A stretch of 64,000 nucleotides of DNA from NCBI RefSeq assembly GCF_009914755.1, contig NC_060932.1. One strand, given 5' to 3'. This stretch comes from the human T2T-CHM13v2.0 reference genome, Homo sapiens. The translations under genes were made by a program, and so were the position numbers. Under the pieces are notes generated by a model. The model saw nothing but the letters and a program-made list of their open reading frames with translations, had not been told where the DNA came from and did no database searches. Positions within the stretch are counted from its first letter, which is position 1. Each line of letters starts with the position of its first letter. This document shows, one piece after another, positions 27,109 through 50,298 of the stretch.

Positions 27109-29135
27109 TAATTCAATGCAGTATCGTGGGCCAGCTAGAGCACATCCTGTTATCAGTGAGAGAAATCTATTCCCTTAACAAGTTAGTCTTGGTTTCTTTG
27201 GAAAATGTCTCCCAGAGACAGTGAACACCCATATATGCATTTGAGATAGATACTATTAGTATCCTCATTTGGCACATAACTGAGGCTCAAAGTCAAGTAA
27301 CTTGATCGTCTCCATAACCAAGTAACTAATTTTGGAGCCATCTGTCTGACTGCATGGCTAGAGATTCTACTTCTGTACTCTTGCCTGTTCATTTTACATC
27401 CACAGAGCATACACACAGGCACTCTACGGATGTCATGTGAAGAAATCTAATCCAGTCTGGGTATAGTGGCTCTTGCCTATAACCCTAGCACTATGGGAGG
27501 CCGAGGAGGGTGGATCGCCTGAGCATAGGAGTTTGAGACCAGCCTGGGCAACATGGCAAGACCCCATCTCCACAAAAAAAGCCAGGCCAAGCGTCAAGGT
27601 GTGAGCCTGTAGTCCCAGCTACTTGAGGTTGAGGCAGGAGGATCGGTTCAGCCAGGGAGTTGAAGGCTGCAGCGAGCCATGTTCGCACGACTGCACTCCA
27701 ACCTGGGTGACACAGCGAGACTGTTTCCATTTAAATTCAAAAAAAAAAAAAAAAAAATTCTGACCCAGCAATGAACAGCCATGGTGGTTTCTGTTCCCTT
27801 GGTTATTGCTAGCTTACATTTCTACACCAGAAGCAGTGCTCTGCAAATCCAAATAGAGTAAGCACTGCAGAGATATCCTATTTTCAACCTTCCTTTAACT
27901 CCCATCCATACAAGATGGCCTGTTAACTTGCATAGAATTATTGGCATCATTACCACTATTTAATCTATCCTGAATTCCCTATATTCAAAGGCCCTGCAGT
28001 TTTATTTCCATGCAGGTATTTTTAAGTGTTTGAGAAATTGAAGATAACAGCAGTTTCAAATTTTTTAGTGCTATTTTAGCTGTAATACAGGTTCTCAATT
28101 ACGTATAGCTTTAATCCAACACTTTAACCATTGTGAAAAAACACAACTGCTCATGTTCACAATTCCGTGAAAGCCATGAAGCTGTCCTTCCACTATTTTC
28201 TGATTTACTGAAGTGTATTTTTCACAGTATATGTTCTCTGGACTTTAGTGACATTTTTTTCAGAATTTCATTTCCTCAGTCAGTTCTCAAGACATGTGTG
28301 CTCTAAAGACTGCTATGCTGCACTAAAAGTTCATAGGTATTTGTCTGGGGGCCACGTATTGATAGGTATTCCATTTTAAAATGGTCTTATTAACTGATAG
28401 CTAAACAGCTCCCAAAGATCAACTGTTTGGTTTAAATTTAGCAATGTGGCATAATTCATTCCAGACTCAGTTCCATTCAAATCCTTGATGTTAACTGGGT
28501 TTGTCTTGAGATCTGAAGTAGACTCAGAAGGAATTGGATGTTGGGTAACAGCAGTAGGGGAGGGGCAAGGGGTGACTCCAGTTTGAACTGTGAGACTTCA
28601 GTAGACAATGGATTCAGACTAGGAACACAGGACAGAGCTTCTGGGAGGGAAGATTTCATTTTAGACACATTAGCTTTTCAGCTGTGGGTTGCAGGTGCCT
28701 AGCATGCAGTTGGTTGTATACAGAAATCTCAACTGAAGGTCAATTTGAAAAGATAGCAGAGTTCAGCGTGAAAGCCTAGGCCCAAATCCAAAAAGAAAAA
28801 ACTTGAATTACCCAACTTTGATCCTATTAAAAATCTCAAAAATTTTCTGAAGGCAATCTTAACAATTTGTAGATGTTCCATTTTTCCACAATAAATCTAT
28901 AGAAACTTTCCCCAATAAGTTTAGCAAACCTGTAAGGGTATCTATCTGATTTTAAATTCTAGGCTGGGTACAGTGGCTCACTCCTGTAACACCAGCAGTT
29001 TAGTAGGCTAACACAGGCTGATGGTTTGAGTCTTCAGAGTTCCAGACCAGCCTGGGCAACATGGCAAAACCTCACCTCTACAAAAAACAATTAGCTGGGC
29101 ATGGTAGCCACATGCTTGTTAAGTCCCAGCTACTA

Positions 29136-29624
<489 letters not shown>

Positions 29625-30073
29625 CTAAGTTTTAGTTCCTAAAACCCTAAAACTTAGTTTTAGTCCTGCCTCTGCCACTTAATCCTTTTTTAAGGACGTT
29701 AAACTTGGTTAATTTAAAAATATTAGTTACTAGCTTTTTAACACGTGCCTACTAGCGCACTAGGTTCTCAACCATGGGTGTGCATTACAAACGCCCCAGA
29801 AACCTTAACACCCCATACCAATCAGAATTTATCTAGAGTATGCCAAAGTTATAAACTGCCAGTGTCCAATAAAACCAGTCAGGTCTCACATATTATGTAG
29901 TTAACGGAATCCAGTTTTCAAATGACTCAAACGACAACGAAAACAGGATAGACCACTCTAAGATACCCATATATTCCACCTGAAAAGTGGAAGTCTCATA
30001 GTACACCTTTATATTCCTAAAATCTGCCAGTATTCTGAATAAAAACCAACAGAAGTTAACAACTGGTCATCAA

Positions 30074-30079
30074 TTTATT
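30074..30079 (-). terminator. RPS20 canonical polyadenylation signal AATAAA
   Basis: tttatt on the + strand, 12 nt after the stop codon. Confidence 0.85.
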
Positions 30080-30091
30080 AAAATAGTTGAC

Positions 30092-31385
<1,294 letters not shown>

Positions 31386-31499
31386 GGCTGTTGCGCGCGG
31401 GCTTCCTGACCGACTTGTTCCTCGGCGAGAGCGAACAGCGGTGAGTCAGGAGCAGGAGCGTGCGGACCAAAAATCCTCAGCCCTTACGACCGCGTCTTC

Positions 31500-31540
31500 C
31501 TCAAAAAGAAAGGGGTGGGACTTGAGCAACGCTTATATAG
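31500..31540 (-). promoter_or_regulatory. RPS20 core promoter: TATA box (TATATAAG, 31539-31532) and TCT/5'TOP start (CTTTCTTTTT, TSS ~31512)
   Basis: A polypyrimidine initiator typical of ribosomal protein genes, with a TATA box about 27 nt upstream. Confidence 0.85.
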
Positions 31541-32469
31541 CACGCTTGCATCCGGGTCCCACACGCCCCGGAACAGGAAATATCCCGGGCCCTAGAGGCG
31601 GTCGCACAAGGGCGAGCTGGAGCACTAGTGGAGTTGGCGGGAAAGGCACGGCTGCGGGCGCCCCCTGTCCGCACGGAGGAGCCGAAGTCCCGCAGGGTGG
31701 CGTCCCCGCCTGCGCCGAGAGGGCCACCTGGTCGAGAGAACAGGCGACACGGAAACCTGAGAAACTCCTCTGTCTGGTGCACCTAACCCTCTTCCTCATA
31801 AAGTGCACACGAACTCTGGTTTTTCCGTTGCAAATTTTGCTTTCTACATAGACCATACCATTCGTTGCTCTCTGAGGATGAGGTAACTTCTCTGAGCTTA
31901 GCTGACATGAGCATTGGCAGAAATGCTTCTCGTAATCTGGATAACTTACGTTAGAATTAGTAAGCAGTTATTTTTCATAGCCTGAAACGTCCTGTTGTGA
32001 TATTTCAGCTCCTGGCTTCCCAGTCCAGCAGAAGTATCTACATCTATTTCTGGAAAGGACCTGAACTTGGCTTCTCGTCCTTCTGGAAAGTGAGGCGAAA
32101 ATGCCAGGCTGCGCAGCTATCCTGAGGCCCGGCCTGGAACCTGGCTAGCCACCCAGTCCTGATACCTCATCTCCTTTCTGTTGGATAAAGTCATTGGATA
32201 AGATCCCCCAGGGTCTTCTTAATACTGAACATCTGTTCATAATCACATAAGTGACCAAGTATAGTGGAAAACCCGAATGGTCAACTGAGCTGAGCAGTGG
32301 GAGAGAGCGCAGGGTGAGCTCACCTACACCTGAGCAAGAAGCCGGGGCTAAATACGTGGAAATCACTGAGATGGATTTTGATACAGGGCAGAAAGAAGAG
32401 TAAAATCATCTCATATTACTTTCCACCTGAAGCTCTGAGCCGAAAGAGTTATTTGCTCAAACACTCTGA

Positions 32470-32714
<245 letters not shown>

Positions 32715-34085
32715 TAGTAGAGACGGGGTTTCTCCATGTTGATCATGCTGGTCTCAAACTCCAGATCTCAGGCCCGCCTCGGCCTCCCAAAGTGCTGGGA
32801 TTACAGGCGTGAGCCACCGCGCTCGCCCCGTCAGGACTCTTTCTTGAGGTTTTGTCTTCTGTTCCTTGGTAGGAAATTATGTTTGAAACTTTAATCAAAT
32901 AATAGCATTGTCTTATTTGGTGATAATTGGAACATAACTAATAACTGGGTTTCTTTGGCTCACGATACGTATGAGGTTTTTTGCTGCCATTTTAACAATT
33001 ATTTTAAATTTTCAAATTTGGATGTTTTCCAGTTCAGTTTTTTGGGTTTTTTGTTTGTTTGTTTTTTGAGATGGAGTCTCGCTCTGTCGCCGAGGCTGGA
33101 TGCAGTGGCACGATTTTGGCTCCCTGCAACCTCCACCTCCTGGGTTCAAGCAATTCTCCTGCCTCAGCCTCCCGAGTAGCTGGGACCACAGGCACGTGGC
33201 ACCACTCTCAGCTAATTTTTTGTGTTTTTACTAGAGACGGTGTTTCACCGTGTTAGCCAGGATGGTCTCAATCTCCTGAACTCGCGATCTGCCTGCCTTG
33301 GCCTCCCAAAGTGCTGGGATTACAGGTGTGAGCCACCTATCCCGGCCCCAGTTCAGTTATTTTTAAATGTAATCCATTGTCTGTAAATACTCTCTTAGTA
33401 GAATTTTCAGCAGAAATTCTGAAAACCTGCATTCTTATTGTGCTAGCTGTAACCTGAGACTTCATAACTTAGAGGTTTAACTTATTGGTATGGCTGTGTG
33501 CGACAAATAGACAAAAGCACAATTGCCCTGCTCCCTGGGGTGTGATCAGCCACCGCTGCAGTACTGCCTGGAGGTGACTGTGCATATTTTAAGTGAACAT
33601 ATACAGCGGCATTCATGTTTTACTAATGCTCAAAGATGACTGGAAATTCAATGAAGGAATTTCATTGAGAAGTACAATTGTAATTTTGTACAAGTGTGAT
33701 TTTTTTTTATAACAAATCTGGTACATCTTTTTCTTAGGCTTACCTCATCCTTTAAGTATTTGAGGAACTGGTGAACAAGTTAACTACTTTGATAGTAAAC
33801 GAGGAAATTTCTTTATAGAGAAAAGCAAAATGTGGCCCAGCAGGTATGTGAAAAATGGCTGATGTGACTAGAACTAAGGAAACAAATGGTTAAGATAATA
33901 TTAGACAAAAGTAATGGAAATTTTTTTTTTTTGGAAAACAGTATGGAGGGTCCTCAAAAAATTAAAAATGGAACTTCCATGTGAACCAGCCATCCCACTT
34001 CTGGGTATATACCCAAAGAAAATGAAATTGGTATCTAGAAGAGATACCTGCACTCCCATGTTTATTGCAGCATTATTTACAGTAG

Positions 34086-34452
<367 letters not shown>

Positions 34453-34828
34453 TAAAAAAGAAGGAAATTCTGGCCAGGAATGGTGGCTCACACCTGTAAT
34501 CCTAGCCCTTTGGGAGGCTGAGGCGGGTAGGTCACCTGGAGTCAGAAGCTCGAGATCGGCCTGGCCAACATGGTGAAACCCTGTCTCTACTAAAGATAAA
34601 TATACTGTGTGAGTTCACTTATATGTGGAGTCAAAAAAAGTCAAATTTGTAGAAGCAGACAGTAGACTACTAGAGTCAGGAGGTGGGATCTAGTGAGGTT
34701 TGGGAATTTTAAAGTTTATTAGTTTTAGTTTCAAACACTTTGCCGTATTTTTCTCTTGAAAACTAGCAGCTTCTGTGGCCCCCAATTTCTCTTTGAAATG
34801 TTATGTTTGGGCCAGACGCGGTGGCTCA

Positions 34829-35120
<292 letters not shown>

Positions 35121-35234
35121 CTAGATGTGAGATATCCATTGGAGAAAAAAGTAACAACAATAAGCCAAAAATAAGAAGAAAATACATAATTCCATCATTC
35201 AATGTATGTTTCTTTTCTTTTCTTTTTTTTTTGA

Positions 35235-35542
<308 letters not shown>

Positions 35543-35661
35543 TGAATTGTATGAATGGTTCTTTTAGGATTTGTTGAACCTGTCTTCTGTTTTTAGGCAT
35601 TTAGGCTGGTTTTCCCATTTTGCAGTCTATAAACAATATCATGAGGTAAATCCTGGTAGAT

Positions 35662-35883
35662 CAGGGTTTCTCAATCTCAGCACAATTGACATTTTGGGGG
35701 CCGGATAATTCTTTGCTTTGGGGGACTGTCCTACGCATTTAGGAGGTTTGGCGACATTTCTGGCCTCTATACTCACTAGGTGCTAGGAGCAACCCCACTC
35801 CTCCACTGGTGACAATCAAACATGCCTCCAGACATTGTCAACAGTCCCTGTGGGTAAAAATAATGCCCGGTTGAGAGCCACTA
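35662..35883 (+). mobile_element. MER20 (hAT-Charlie)
   Basis: cagggtttctcaatctcagcacaattgacattttgg...cccggttgagagccact matches the MER20 consensus. Confidence 0.8.
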
Positions 35884-36191
35884 TTGTAGATGAATATTTT
35901 AGCTCCTACTTAATGCCTTAGGTCAATTACTAAATAACTTATCCTCTGATGGCTTAATCAAAGAATAAGCACATTTAAAATACTTTGGTATTAAGTAAGT
36001 TGCCTTCTGGGAAGGTTGTACCCAAACAGATATTTCCTCCAACAGCCGAATGAGGATTTCGGTGTGAAAAACATTGAATTAGATAGCAGGTTCATTTTAA
36101 CTTTTGAAATATTCCTAACAACTTTATGAAATTTGTGTTTTCAATATCCCTATGTATAGCCTTTCTTTACTAATTTTTGCAGATCTTTTAA

Positions 36192-36239
36192 AATTATCTT
36201 GTAAAGACAATTATCTTGTAAAGACAATTATCTTGTAAA
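36192..36239 (+). repeat. 17-bp tandem repeat aattatcttgtaaagac, ~2.8 copies
   Basis: Seen directly. Confidence 0.9.
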
Positions 36240-36438
36240 TACTGCAGGTATTTGTGTGGGTCTGTGGATGGCCATCTACTGGTCTTTCACTGCAATGACA
36301 GTGTCATCCTACTTTCTCCAAAAGGAAATTTACAGCAGTCAAAAACTACTGAATTCATGGTACACATGTGTAAATGTCTGAATCACATTGAAAAAGGCAA
36401 ATTGTCGAATGAATGTGGATGAGTCTGTTTAGACACAA

Positions 36439-36757
36439 CAGTAGTCCCCACCTTATCCCTGGTTTCACATTCTGAGGTTTCAGTTACCTGCAGCACAGTT
36501 CAATAAGATACTTTGAAATCAGAGAGACCACATTCACATAATTTTATTACAGTATATGACTACCATTGTCCTATTTTATTATTAAAGTATAATAAAATAT
36601 TATTAATCTCTTCATGTACCTAACTTATAAATTAAACTTTATCATAGGTATGTATGTACAGGAACAAACGTAGTATATATAGAGTTTGGTTCTATCTGTG
36701 GTTTCAGGCACCCAGGGTGTCTTGGCACCAGCTCTGTGGATAAGGAGAAACTCCTGT
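36439..36757 (-). mobile_element. MER44-type Tigger-derived DNA element
   Basis: cagtagtccccaccttatcc terminus and internal ttataaattaaactttatcataggtatgta. Confidence 0.7.
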
Positions 36758-36948
36758 ATTTTATTTGTGGAATTTAAAAATCTAAATACAACATTTGTAT
36801 GTTAAACTTCTTCAGTCTGAAATGCTTTCAGCCATCTACTGGGGAGCTTGGCACTACCTCTGTGGATAAGGGGGAACTCCTGTATTTTATTTGCAGAATT
36901 TTTTATCTAAATACATATTTTTTGTGTTAAACTTCTTCAGTCTGAAAT
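36721..36948 (+). repeat. Diverged ~105-bp direct duplication including the MER44 end
   Basis: cttggcac...ctctgtggataagg...tgttaaacttcttcagtctgaaat at ~36721-36823 and ~36847-36948. Confidence 0.85.
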
Positions 36949-37296
36949 TTAAGAATAAAAACCAGAGAGAGTATGTGAAGATTTAGAACGTTACTCGGCA
37001 TATGAGAGTAGCTAGCACCAGGCCAGGTGCGGTGGCTCATGCTTGTAGTCCCAGCGCTTTGGGAGGCTGAGGCAGGTGGATCACTTGAGGCCAGGAGTTC
37101 TAGACCAGTCTGGCCAACATGGTTAAACCCCATCTCTACTGAAAGTACAAAAATTAGCCAGGTGTGGTGGTGCACACCTGTAGTCCTGGCTACTTGGGAG
37201 GCTGAGGCATGAAAATTGCCTGCCTGGGAGGTGAAGGTTGCAGTGAGCCGAAATTATGCCCCTGCACTCCAGCCTGGACAGAGTGAGACTGTCTCA

Positions 37297-37388
37297 AAAA
37301 AAAGGAAGAAAAAGAAAAAGAAGAAGAAGGAGGAGGGGGAGGGGAGGAGGAGGAGGAGAAGGAGAAGGCGGAAGGAGAAGGAGAAGAA
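37297..37388 (+). repeat. GA-rich simple repeat (Alu tail)
   Basis: aag/gga repeats following an Alu. Confidence 0.85.
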
Positions 37389-37690
37389 CCAGCACTATTG
37401 TTGGGAGTGTTCTAACTGTAATAGTAATCCATTTGATCCTCACATCAACTGTAGGTGATAAGTGCTGTTATTCACTTTCTATTTATGAGGAAGCTGAGGT
37501 TAGGTCACAGGAAAACTAGTGTTTGGATCAAAGCTGCCTGCACTCTTAGCTCTGTACTATCAGTGTATGTTAGCAGTCATCTTTATCATTAGCAGTGGCA
37601 GTATATCTGAGAGATACAAAATCCTGTTGTATTAAAGAACATGGCATAGAAGGGCTTTATACATTTCACTATAGCTGAGGTTAGAAATTT

Positions 37691-37725
37691 TACACTTGAT
37701 CTTAGCCAAAAGGCTGAGAAGCGAT
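37691..37725 (-). pseudogene. 3'-truncated (35 nt) tailless U2 snRNA retropseudogene
   Basis: ATCGCTTCTCAGCCTTTTGGCTAAGATCAAGTGTA equals U2 nt 1-35 with one mismatch. TSD gaggttagaaatttta lies at 37677-37692 and 37726-37741. Confidence 0.9.
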
Positions 37726-38349
37726 GAGGTTAGAAATTTTATTGAGCTACTATTGTGTCCATTGTAAGGTAGAATGCCTTTTAAAGTTCTCATCCTTTCG
37801 TTTGAAGTTCCATAGATACCAAGGCCATTCAACCCTATTTGCTCATTAAAATCATTTCACTAAAGTGACCAAAAGAACAGAAGTAGGGATACAATAACGT
37901 CTTTCTACGGAGAATGATTCATATGGAACATTTGATAGATTGGTAATTTACAATCATATTTAATGGCAGAGCTCATGGAATTCTCTGTGCGGGTGGGAGC
38001 TGAATGTCCTGCCCACAGGCCTCACTAGTGCCCCCTGTCTCCTCTCTTTGTCCTGCTCCCCAGCCTGCATACAATCTGAAAAGTCACTGGTCTACTTCTG
38101 TCCCAGCTAGAGCTGTTTCCTAGCTCTAGCAGAGGACCTGCAGAGGATTTCCATGGCACAGCTTTGTGATCCAGACATCATGTGGGAAAGCTAGGGATAT
38201 GTGATTTACCAGTCACTTTTGCTGGGCTTGTGCTTTTCATGTTGTACAGAATTAATATAACTCTAGGAAATATTTCTACCATTTGCCTTCCTTTGTGAGA
38301 AGACTGGACTTCATGGCTCTCCCCACATACTAATTCTGCTGTGTTGCTT

Positions 38350-38905
38350 TTGTGCTTTGGACTGACTCAAAAATGGCCCCAAGAGTCCCCACCTGCTTTT
38401 CATGCCCTTGTGAAAACTCCTTCTCCGAGTGTGGGAAACCGTGACTTGCTCCCAAACACTAGAATTTGGCAACAGTACTGGGATATCACTTTCACAAATA
38501 GATTAAATAAGATTCTGGTTTCTGTATTGCCAGTGGACTCTCCCTTGCCAGCCTTGAGGAAGGAGCTGCCATGTTGGAGGCTACCCTATGGAGAAGCCCA
38601 TGTAGCAAGGACATAAGGGTGGCTGGTGGCCCAGACAGAAAGGAGCTGAGGCTCTCGGCCCAACAGCCTGAAAAGAACTGAAGTTACACCCACAATGACA
38701 TGACTTTGGAAGCAGATCCCTGAGTCTTCAGATGAGACCTCAGAACTGGCCAACACCTTGATTGAAGCCCTAATGAGAGACCCTGAAGTAGAGGGCCCTC
38801 CTAAGCCATGCCTGGATCCGTGACTCACAGGAACTGTGAGGTAATAAATGTGTGCTGGTTGCTAAATTTGTGGTAATTTGTTATCAGCAATAGGTAGTTA
38901 ATACA
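38350..38905 (+). mobile_element. MLT1-type MaLR LTR
   Basis: aactgtgaggtaataaatgtgtg...gctaaatttgtggtaatttgttatcagcaatag tail. Confidence 0.7.
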
Positions 38906-38945
38906 TACGTCTACACAACACTTTGATACTGAGGAAATCAGATTA

Positions 38946-39780
<835 letters not shown>

Positions 39781-40609
39781 TATAACAGACTCTCAAAGGG
39801 ACCTGGACAATGCATGATTCGACAGTGCTTCTGTTTTGCCTATGCTCTTGTAGTGAACACCTCCCAGGTTCAAATTATTCTCCTGCCTCAGCCTCCGAAG
39901 TAGCTGGGATTACAGGCACCTGCCACCACGCCCAGCTAATTTTTGTATTTTTAATAGAGATGAAGTTTCATCATGTTGGCCCGGCTGGTCTCAAACTCCT
40001 GACCTCAGGTGATCCGCCTGCCTCGGCCTCCCAAAGCGCTGGGATTACAGGTGTGAGCCACCACGCCCCACCATGTCTTGTCTTTGATTGTATTCCCAGT
40101 GCCCGGAACCCTGCCCGGACACTGTAGCCAGCCTATACATGTCTGTGAAAATAATAGTCTTATTAAAAGAACTAGAAAAAAAGGCAATCACTAAACTTTA
40201 AGTGGGTTTCGGGTGACCAAGAAGTTAACAGTGAAGAAGCTCAGATTATGATTAAGAATTCGGCTTTAGAAGAGCTATACTAGAGGTATTGAAATGACTC
40301 TGAGGTCACCCCCCAGCCTACCATGAAGTCGCCGGGGATGGACAAACTGGAGGACGACTCCGCACCTGATGTTTAAGAGAAAGTGCAGCCTCCATGCTGC
40401 TGGCAGGTAAACAATGTTCCAGAAAGGCAGGAAGAAGGAACTCTAAGGGTGAGTTCTCACACCATCAGCCTGCAGTGCTGTGTTCCTATTTCTTTATGCC
40501 AACTTGTGACAGGTAAAGCCTAGCTCACATAGTCAAGGCCAAGCTGCAAGGGAGTCTGGGGAAGTGAGCATCTCGCATTTTCAGCTGTGTAACTGAAGAG
40601 AATAACAAA

Positions 40610-42610
<2,001 letters not shown>

Positions 42611-43209
42611 ATGTGCACTGTGGTTACTGGAAACTGAGGCAAAAGGAAAAGTGAGTAATACTGATGCCGTCTTCATTTAAAATTGTGTTTCTGCTTGTCA
42701 TAGCTTGTTTTGCTTTGATTTTGACATTTAAGAGAATGCATTCCAATATTATTTACCTCTGTTACTGGGTTTCTTGCCACCCCCTTAACTACTAAGCCCA
42801 AAGCCTCATCCTGGTCCTGGCTCTGATGGGCGCATGCAAGAGAAGCTGCCTTAGTGCAGCACAGGGGACGCTGGGGAGAAGTTGGAGGACATGCTGGAGT
42901 CCAGGCTTGGCCCCTTATTAGGCATGCGCCTCACAAGAGTCATCGTCTCCATGGGTCCCCGTTTCCTCCTTTGTGAGAGGAGGGTGTTCAATCAGATGAA
43001 CTCCCAATTTTGAATGGCAAGGCATGGAACTGAACAGATCCAAGGGTAGCTCCCCACCACCAACATACTGCTAGACATGTGAGATGCCTTCTGCCTTCTC
43101 TATCCTCCTTCCTGCTCCCCAGCAATAGAGTTAGGCTTAGAATCCACAGGGGGAGAGTTTTGAAATAACAGAGGAAACTCCCTTCTCCCTATTTCAAGTC
43201 CTTCCACCT

Positions 43210-43333
43210 AGGGTGACCATTCATCCAAAATGGCCAGGGTAGCCTCAGCACATGACCAAGGTATCATTATTATTATTAGTGCCGACTTTCACTCAAGTGT
43301 GTCCCAGTTTCTATTTTAAATTAAATAGTCTAT
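43210..43333 (+). mobile_element. MER94-like hAT-Blackjack element
   Basis: agggtgacca head with ctttcactcaagtgtgtcccagttt. Confidence 0.5.
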
Positions 43334-43777
43334 TTACTCAAGCCACAAGTGTAACCACTGATAGTGGAGGAGAAAACATTGAACTGGATATCATTTCAGG
43401 GTTTTAAACTGAACTGGACTGGGTTGTAATAATCTGAAGTTACCAGAAACTATAATAATAGATTTCTTCCTAGATTTTTATTAAGGGATGGGAAAAGATG
43501 CTTTGATACAACATAATTCAAACCAGTAATTGGGAAAAAAAAAAAGACTTTTATGGTGTTCCATGGAAAAAGAGGCTGGTTCAGTTTGCAACTCAGTTCA
43601 CAACTGCTTTTCCTCCAAACAACCATAAAACAGCTTGCAGCAAGCACTGTATGTGTTCTCCCATTTGATCACATAGATTATTAAAAGGACAAGAATCAAG
43701 ATTTAGCAAAATCTGGCCCAGCGCCGTGGCTCATGCCTGTAATCCCAGCACTTCAGGAGGCCAAGGTGGGTGGATCA

Positions 43778-44017
<240 letters not shown>

Positions 44018-44211
44018 TTAGCAAACTTCATCACTTTTACTGCTTGCCACTAATTTTAACAACCACCCAAAGTTGTGTTTCTATTACTAAGAGTGAATTA
44101 AGCATCATTTCATTTATTTAAGAGTCGTTCATATTTCCTTTTCTGTGAATTGTCTGTTCATATCTTGTACCAGTTTTTTTCTATTAGGTTACTGATATTT
44201 CAACTCATTGA

Positions 44212-44478
<267 letters not shown>

Positions 44479-45620
44479 TGATGCTCCTGCCTCGGCCTCC
44501 CAAAGTGCTGGAATTACAGGCATGAGCCACTGTGCCTGGCCGAAAATTAGCTCTTAATCTGTGATCTGAGTTGCAGAAATTTTATTTCAGTTTGTCAGTC
44601 TGTCTTCAATTTGTCAGTTCCTCATCATGGTTGTTACTATCAAGAAATTTTATTTTTGTTGTTGTCAAATTAAATAATATTTTCTTTTCTTGCTTTGGGT
44701 TTTGGGTCTTCTTTGTCTGTCACAACTTCATTTTTTAAAAAAATCGCCATGGTTTTGTTATGGTACATCTGAGGTTTCATTGTCTACATTGATTTCATTG
44801 ATGTTTCTGACATGTATTCTGGTGTAAGATATTAGGAGATTCAAATTATTTTTTCTAAATGTTTACCTAATTGTTCCACTCTATTTTTTATAAATCTTAG
44901 AATTTATTGTTCTCTCTTATGTATGAAAATAACTTGGTCAACAGTTGACGGCTAAACTCTGAGTGGTGCATAGGAGTGTGCTATGTGTTATGTGCTTTTC
45001 TGTTTAAAACATGGTTATCTTTATCTTACCAGTGTTGACTTAAAATAATGATTGAAATTGAGCCCATTGATGTGCATTTATTTTTGTTTTTGTTTTTAAC
45101 AGCTTTATTGTGGTATAATCACATACTGCACATATTTACTAGATTATTTTATTTTAAAATTTCACAAATAGACAGTTTCTGGTTCTGTCCACTGAAAAGG
45201 CCTAGGGGTAATGATAACCCAATAGCAATGAGCACAACTGGTGTCTGGATTGGAGTCTCTAAATAGCATTTCCCACTAAAAACATCAGGGCTCACTGGAG
45301 GAATGCTTGATTCTAAATCTGGGTAGGAATTTATAAGATGAGTTAGGGACATATTGTTGTGTCAAAAAGCAAGGAAGATTTATGGATTATGTCCAAAGAA
45401 CAGGGGCCAATATAAAGAAACTCCATTAATCAATTATGAAACCATTTAAGCATCAAAAAGAATTAAGACTAGAATTGATCGATATTGAATATATAAAAAA
45501 CAAATTTATGATAGAGAGAGAGGCAGAATGAGATCAAAAAGAGAATAACTCTAATAGCTCATTGGATGCCACAGTAAATAACTAGGACACCAATTCCTTA
45601 CTCTGAAATATGATAATTAA

Positions 45621-45956
<336 letters not shown>

Positions 45957-46399
45957 TGAGCCACCGCACCTGGCTACCCTAACTTTCTTATACATACTGC
46001 ATTTCCACCAAATAGCTCTATTTTATGTGGAAGAGTTTTTTTTTTTTTAAACAGATTTCCAAATACTACATAGGGTAGGAATGATAAAATTAGGATTGCC
46101 TCATTTTGTAAGTCCTAAATAGTTGAGTCAGGTGATATGTAATGGATGGAACCATTACATGAGAGAAGGCTGGAGGATGCCCTTACAATGGACAGATTTA
46201 CGGAACCCCTTGATCCATCTCATTATCTCTGAAGGTGGAAAAATGAATGTATTCTTCCTGAGGTTAGGCACACAGCACCACATATGAAGGATTCTTCCCC
46301 TAAATGTTGAACCTGAACTTAGTCAAGGGTCTAAAACCAAATTCCCCTCACAGGGAATGGGGGGATAATAGAAAGATTTAAATGTCACCACAAAGAAGC

Positions 46400-47109
<710 letters not shown>

Positions 47110-47170
47110 GAAGCCAATAGGCAAACCCAATATGTGGGACATTTAATAGAAAATAAACCTGGTTTGGTCA

Positions 47171-47539
<369 letters not shown>

Positions 47540-47847
47540 CTAGATTAAAAGAACACCTAAAAGAAATGTGTGCATCTTATTTAGATGTTGATATAAACAA
47601 AACAACCATAGAACATATTTTGAGGCAATTAGGGAAATTTGATTATTGATAAATCATTTGATATTAGTGAGAAATTGTTAATTAAGAGTGATAATGACAT
47701 TATGGTTATGTAAGAAAGTGTCCATATTTTAGAGATGCTAATAGAAGGATGAAGAAATAAAATGATGTGACTTTTGTGTTTGCTTAAGTTACTTTGGTAA
47801 AGAAAGAAATAATAAAAAAACTAAATGAAGCATATTTGTTGAAGATC

Positions 47848-48950
<1,103 letters not shown>

Positions 48951-49609
48951 ATTTCTAGAAATTGGAAAACAAGAAAAGTTTTTTTTTAAATAAATAAATC
49001 CACAGCCCTCCAGACAACTAACCCCAGACAAACGAAACTTTAATTTCGGTCTTTTCTCTGTGTGTTTTAAGAAAAATTTCTTGATTTTAAAAAGCACTTA
49101 TAATCAAACAATGTGTAATTTTGTACTCTGCCCCATTCATTGAACACTATAGTACAGCCATTTCTGTTATCACAATCTTCATATCCTTTTGAATCAACTG
49201 TTCTATTGCAATTTATTTAACTAGTTTAAAACATTTATCTTTCTTTGAATTTCTTACCAGAATAAATGGCTCTTGGTGATTTTTTTTCAATTAAAATTCT
49301 TATTTTATAGTATTTCATAGGATGGAGGTCCAGAAGCAGAATTACTGAATCAGTGAATATAAATATTTTTGAGGTTCTTGATACACTGCCAAACTGCAGT
49401 TATTTTCCAAAAAGCTTTAATAATTTATATTGTCACTAGGAGTGGCGAGATCTTCTTTTACCACAACTTTATTCAAATTAAGAATTGTGTATGTGTGGGT
49501 GTTTTAAAAAAAGATACCTTATTTTAAATTTGCAATTCTTCAAGTACTTGTGAGATCACGTTATCCTGTTTTTCATATTTGTCTCCTAAATGCATATTCT
49601 TTATTATGA

Positions 49610-50298
<689 letters not shown>

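Noticed and set aside
33648-33691. Two short adjacent hairpins (tcaatgaa/ttcattga and gtacaa/ttgtac)
   Set aside because: Stems of 6-8 bp in AT-rich DNA are expected by chance.
36192-36239. Short direct repeats as a CRISPR-like array
   Set aside because: There are no spacers and the context is eukaryotic; this is a simple tandem duplication.
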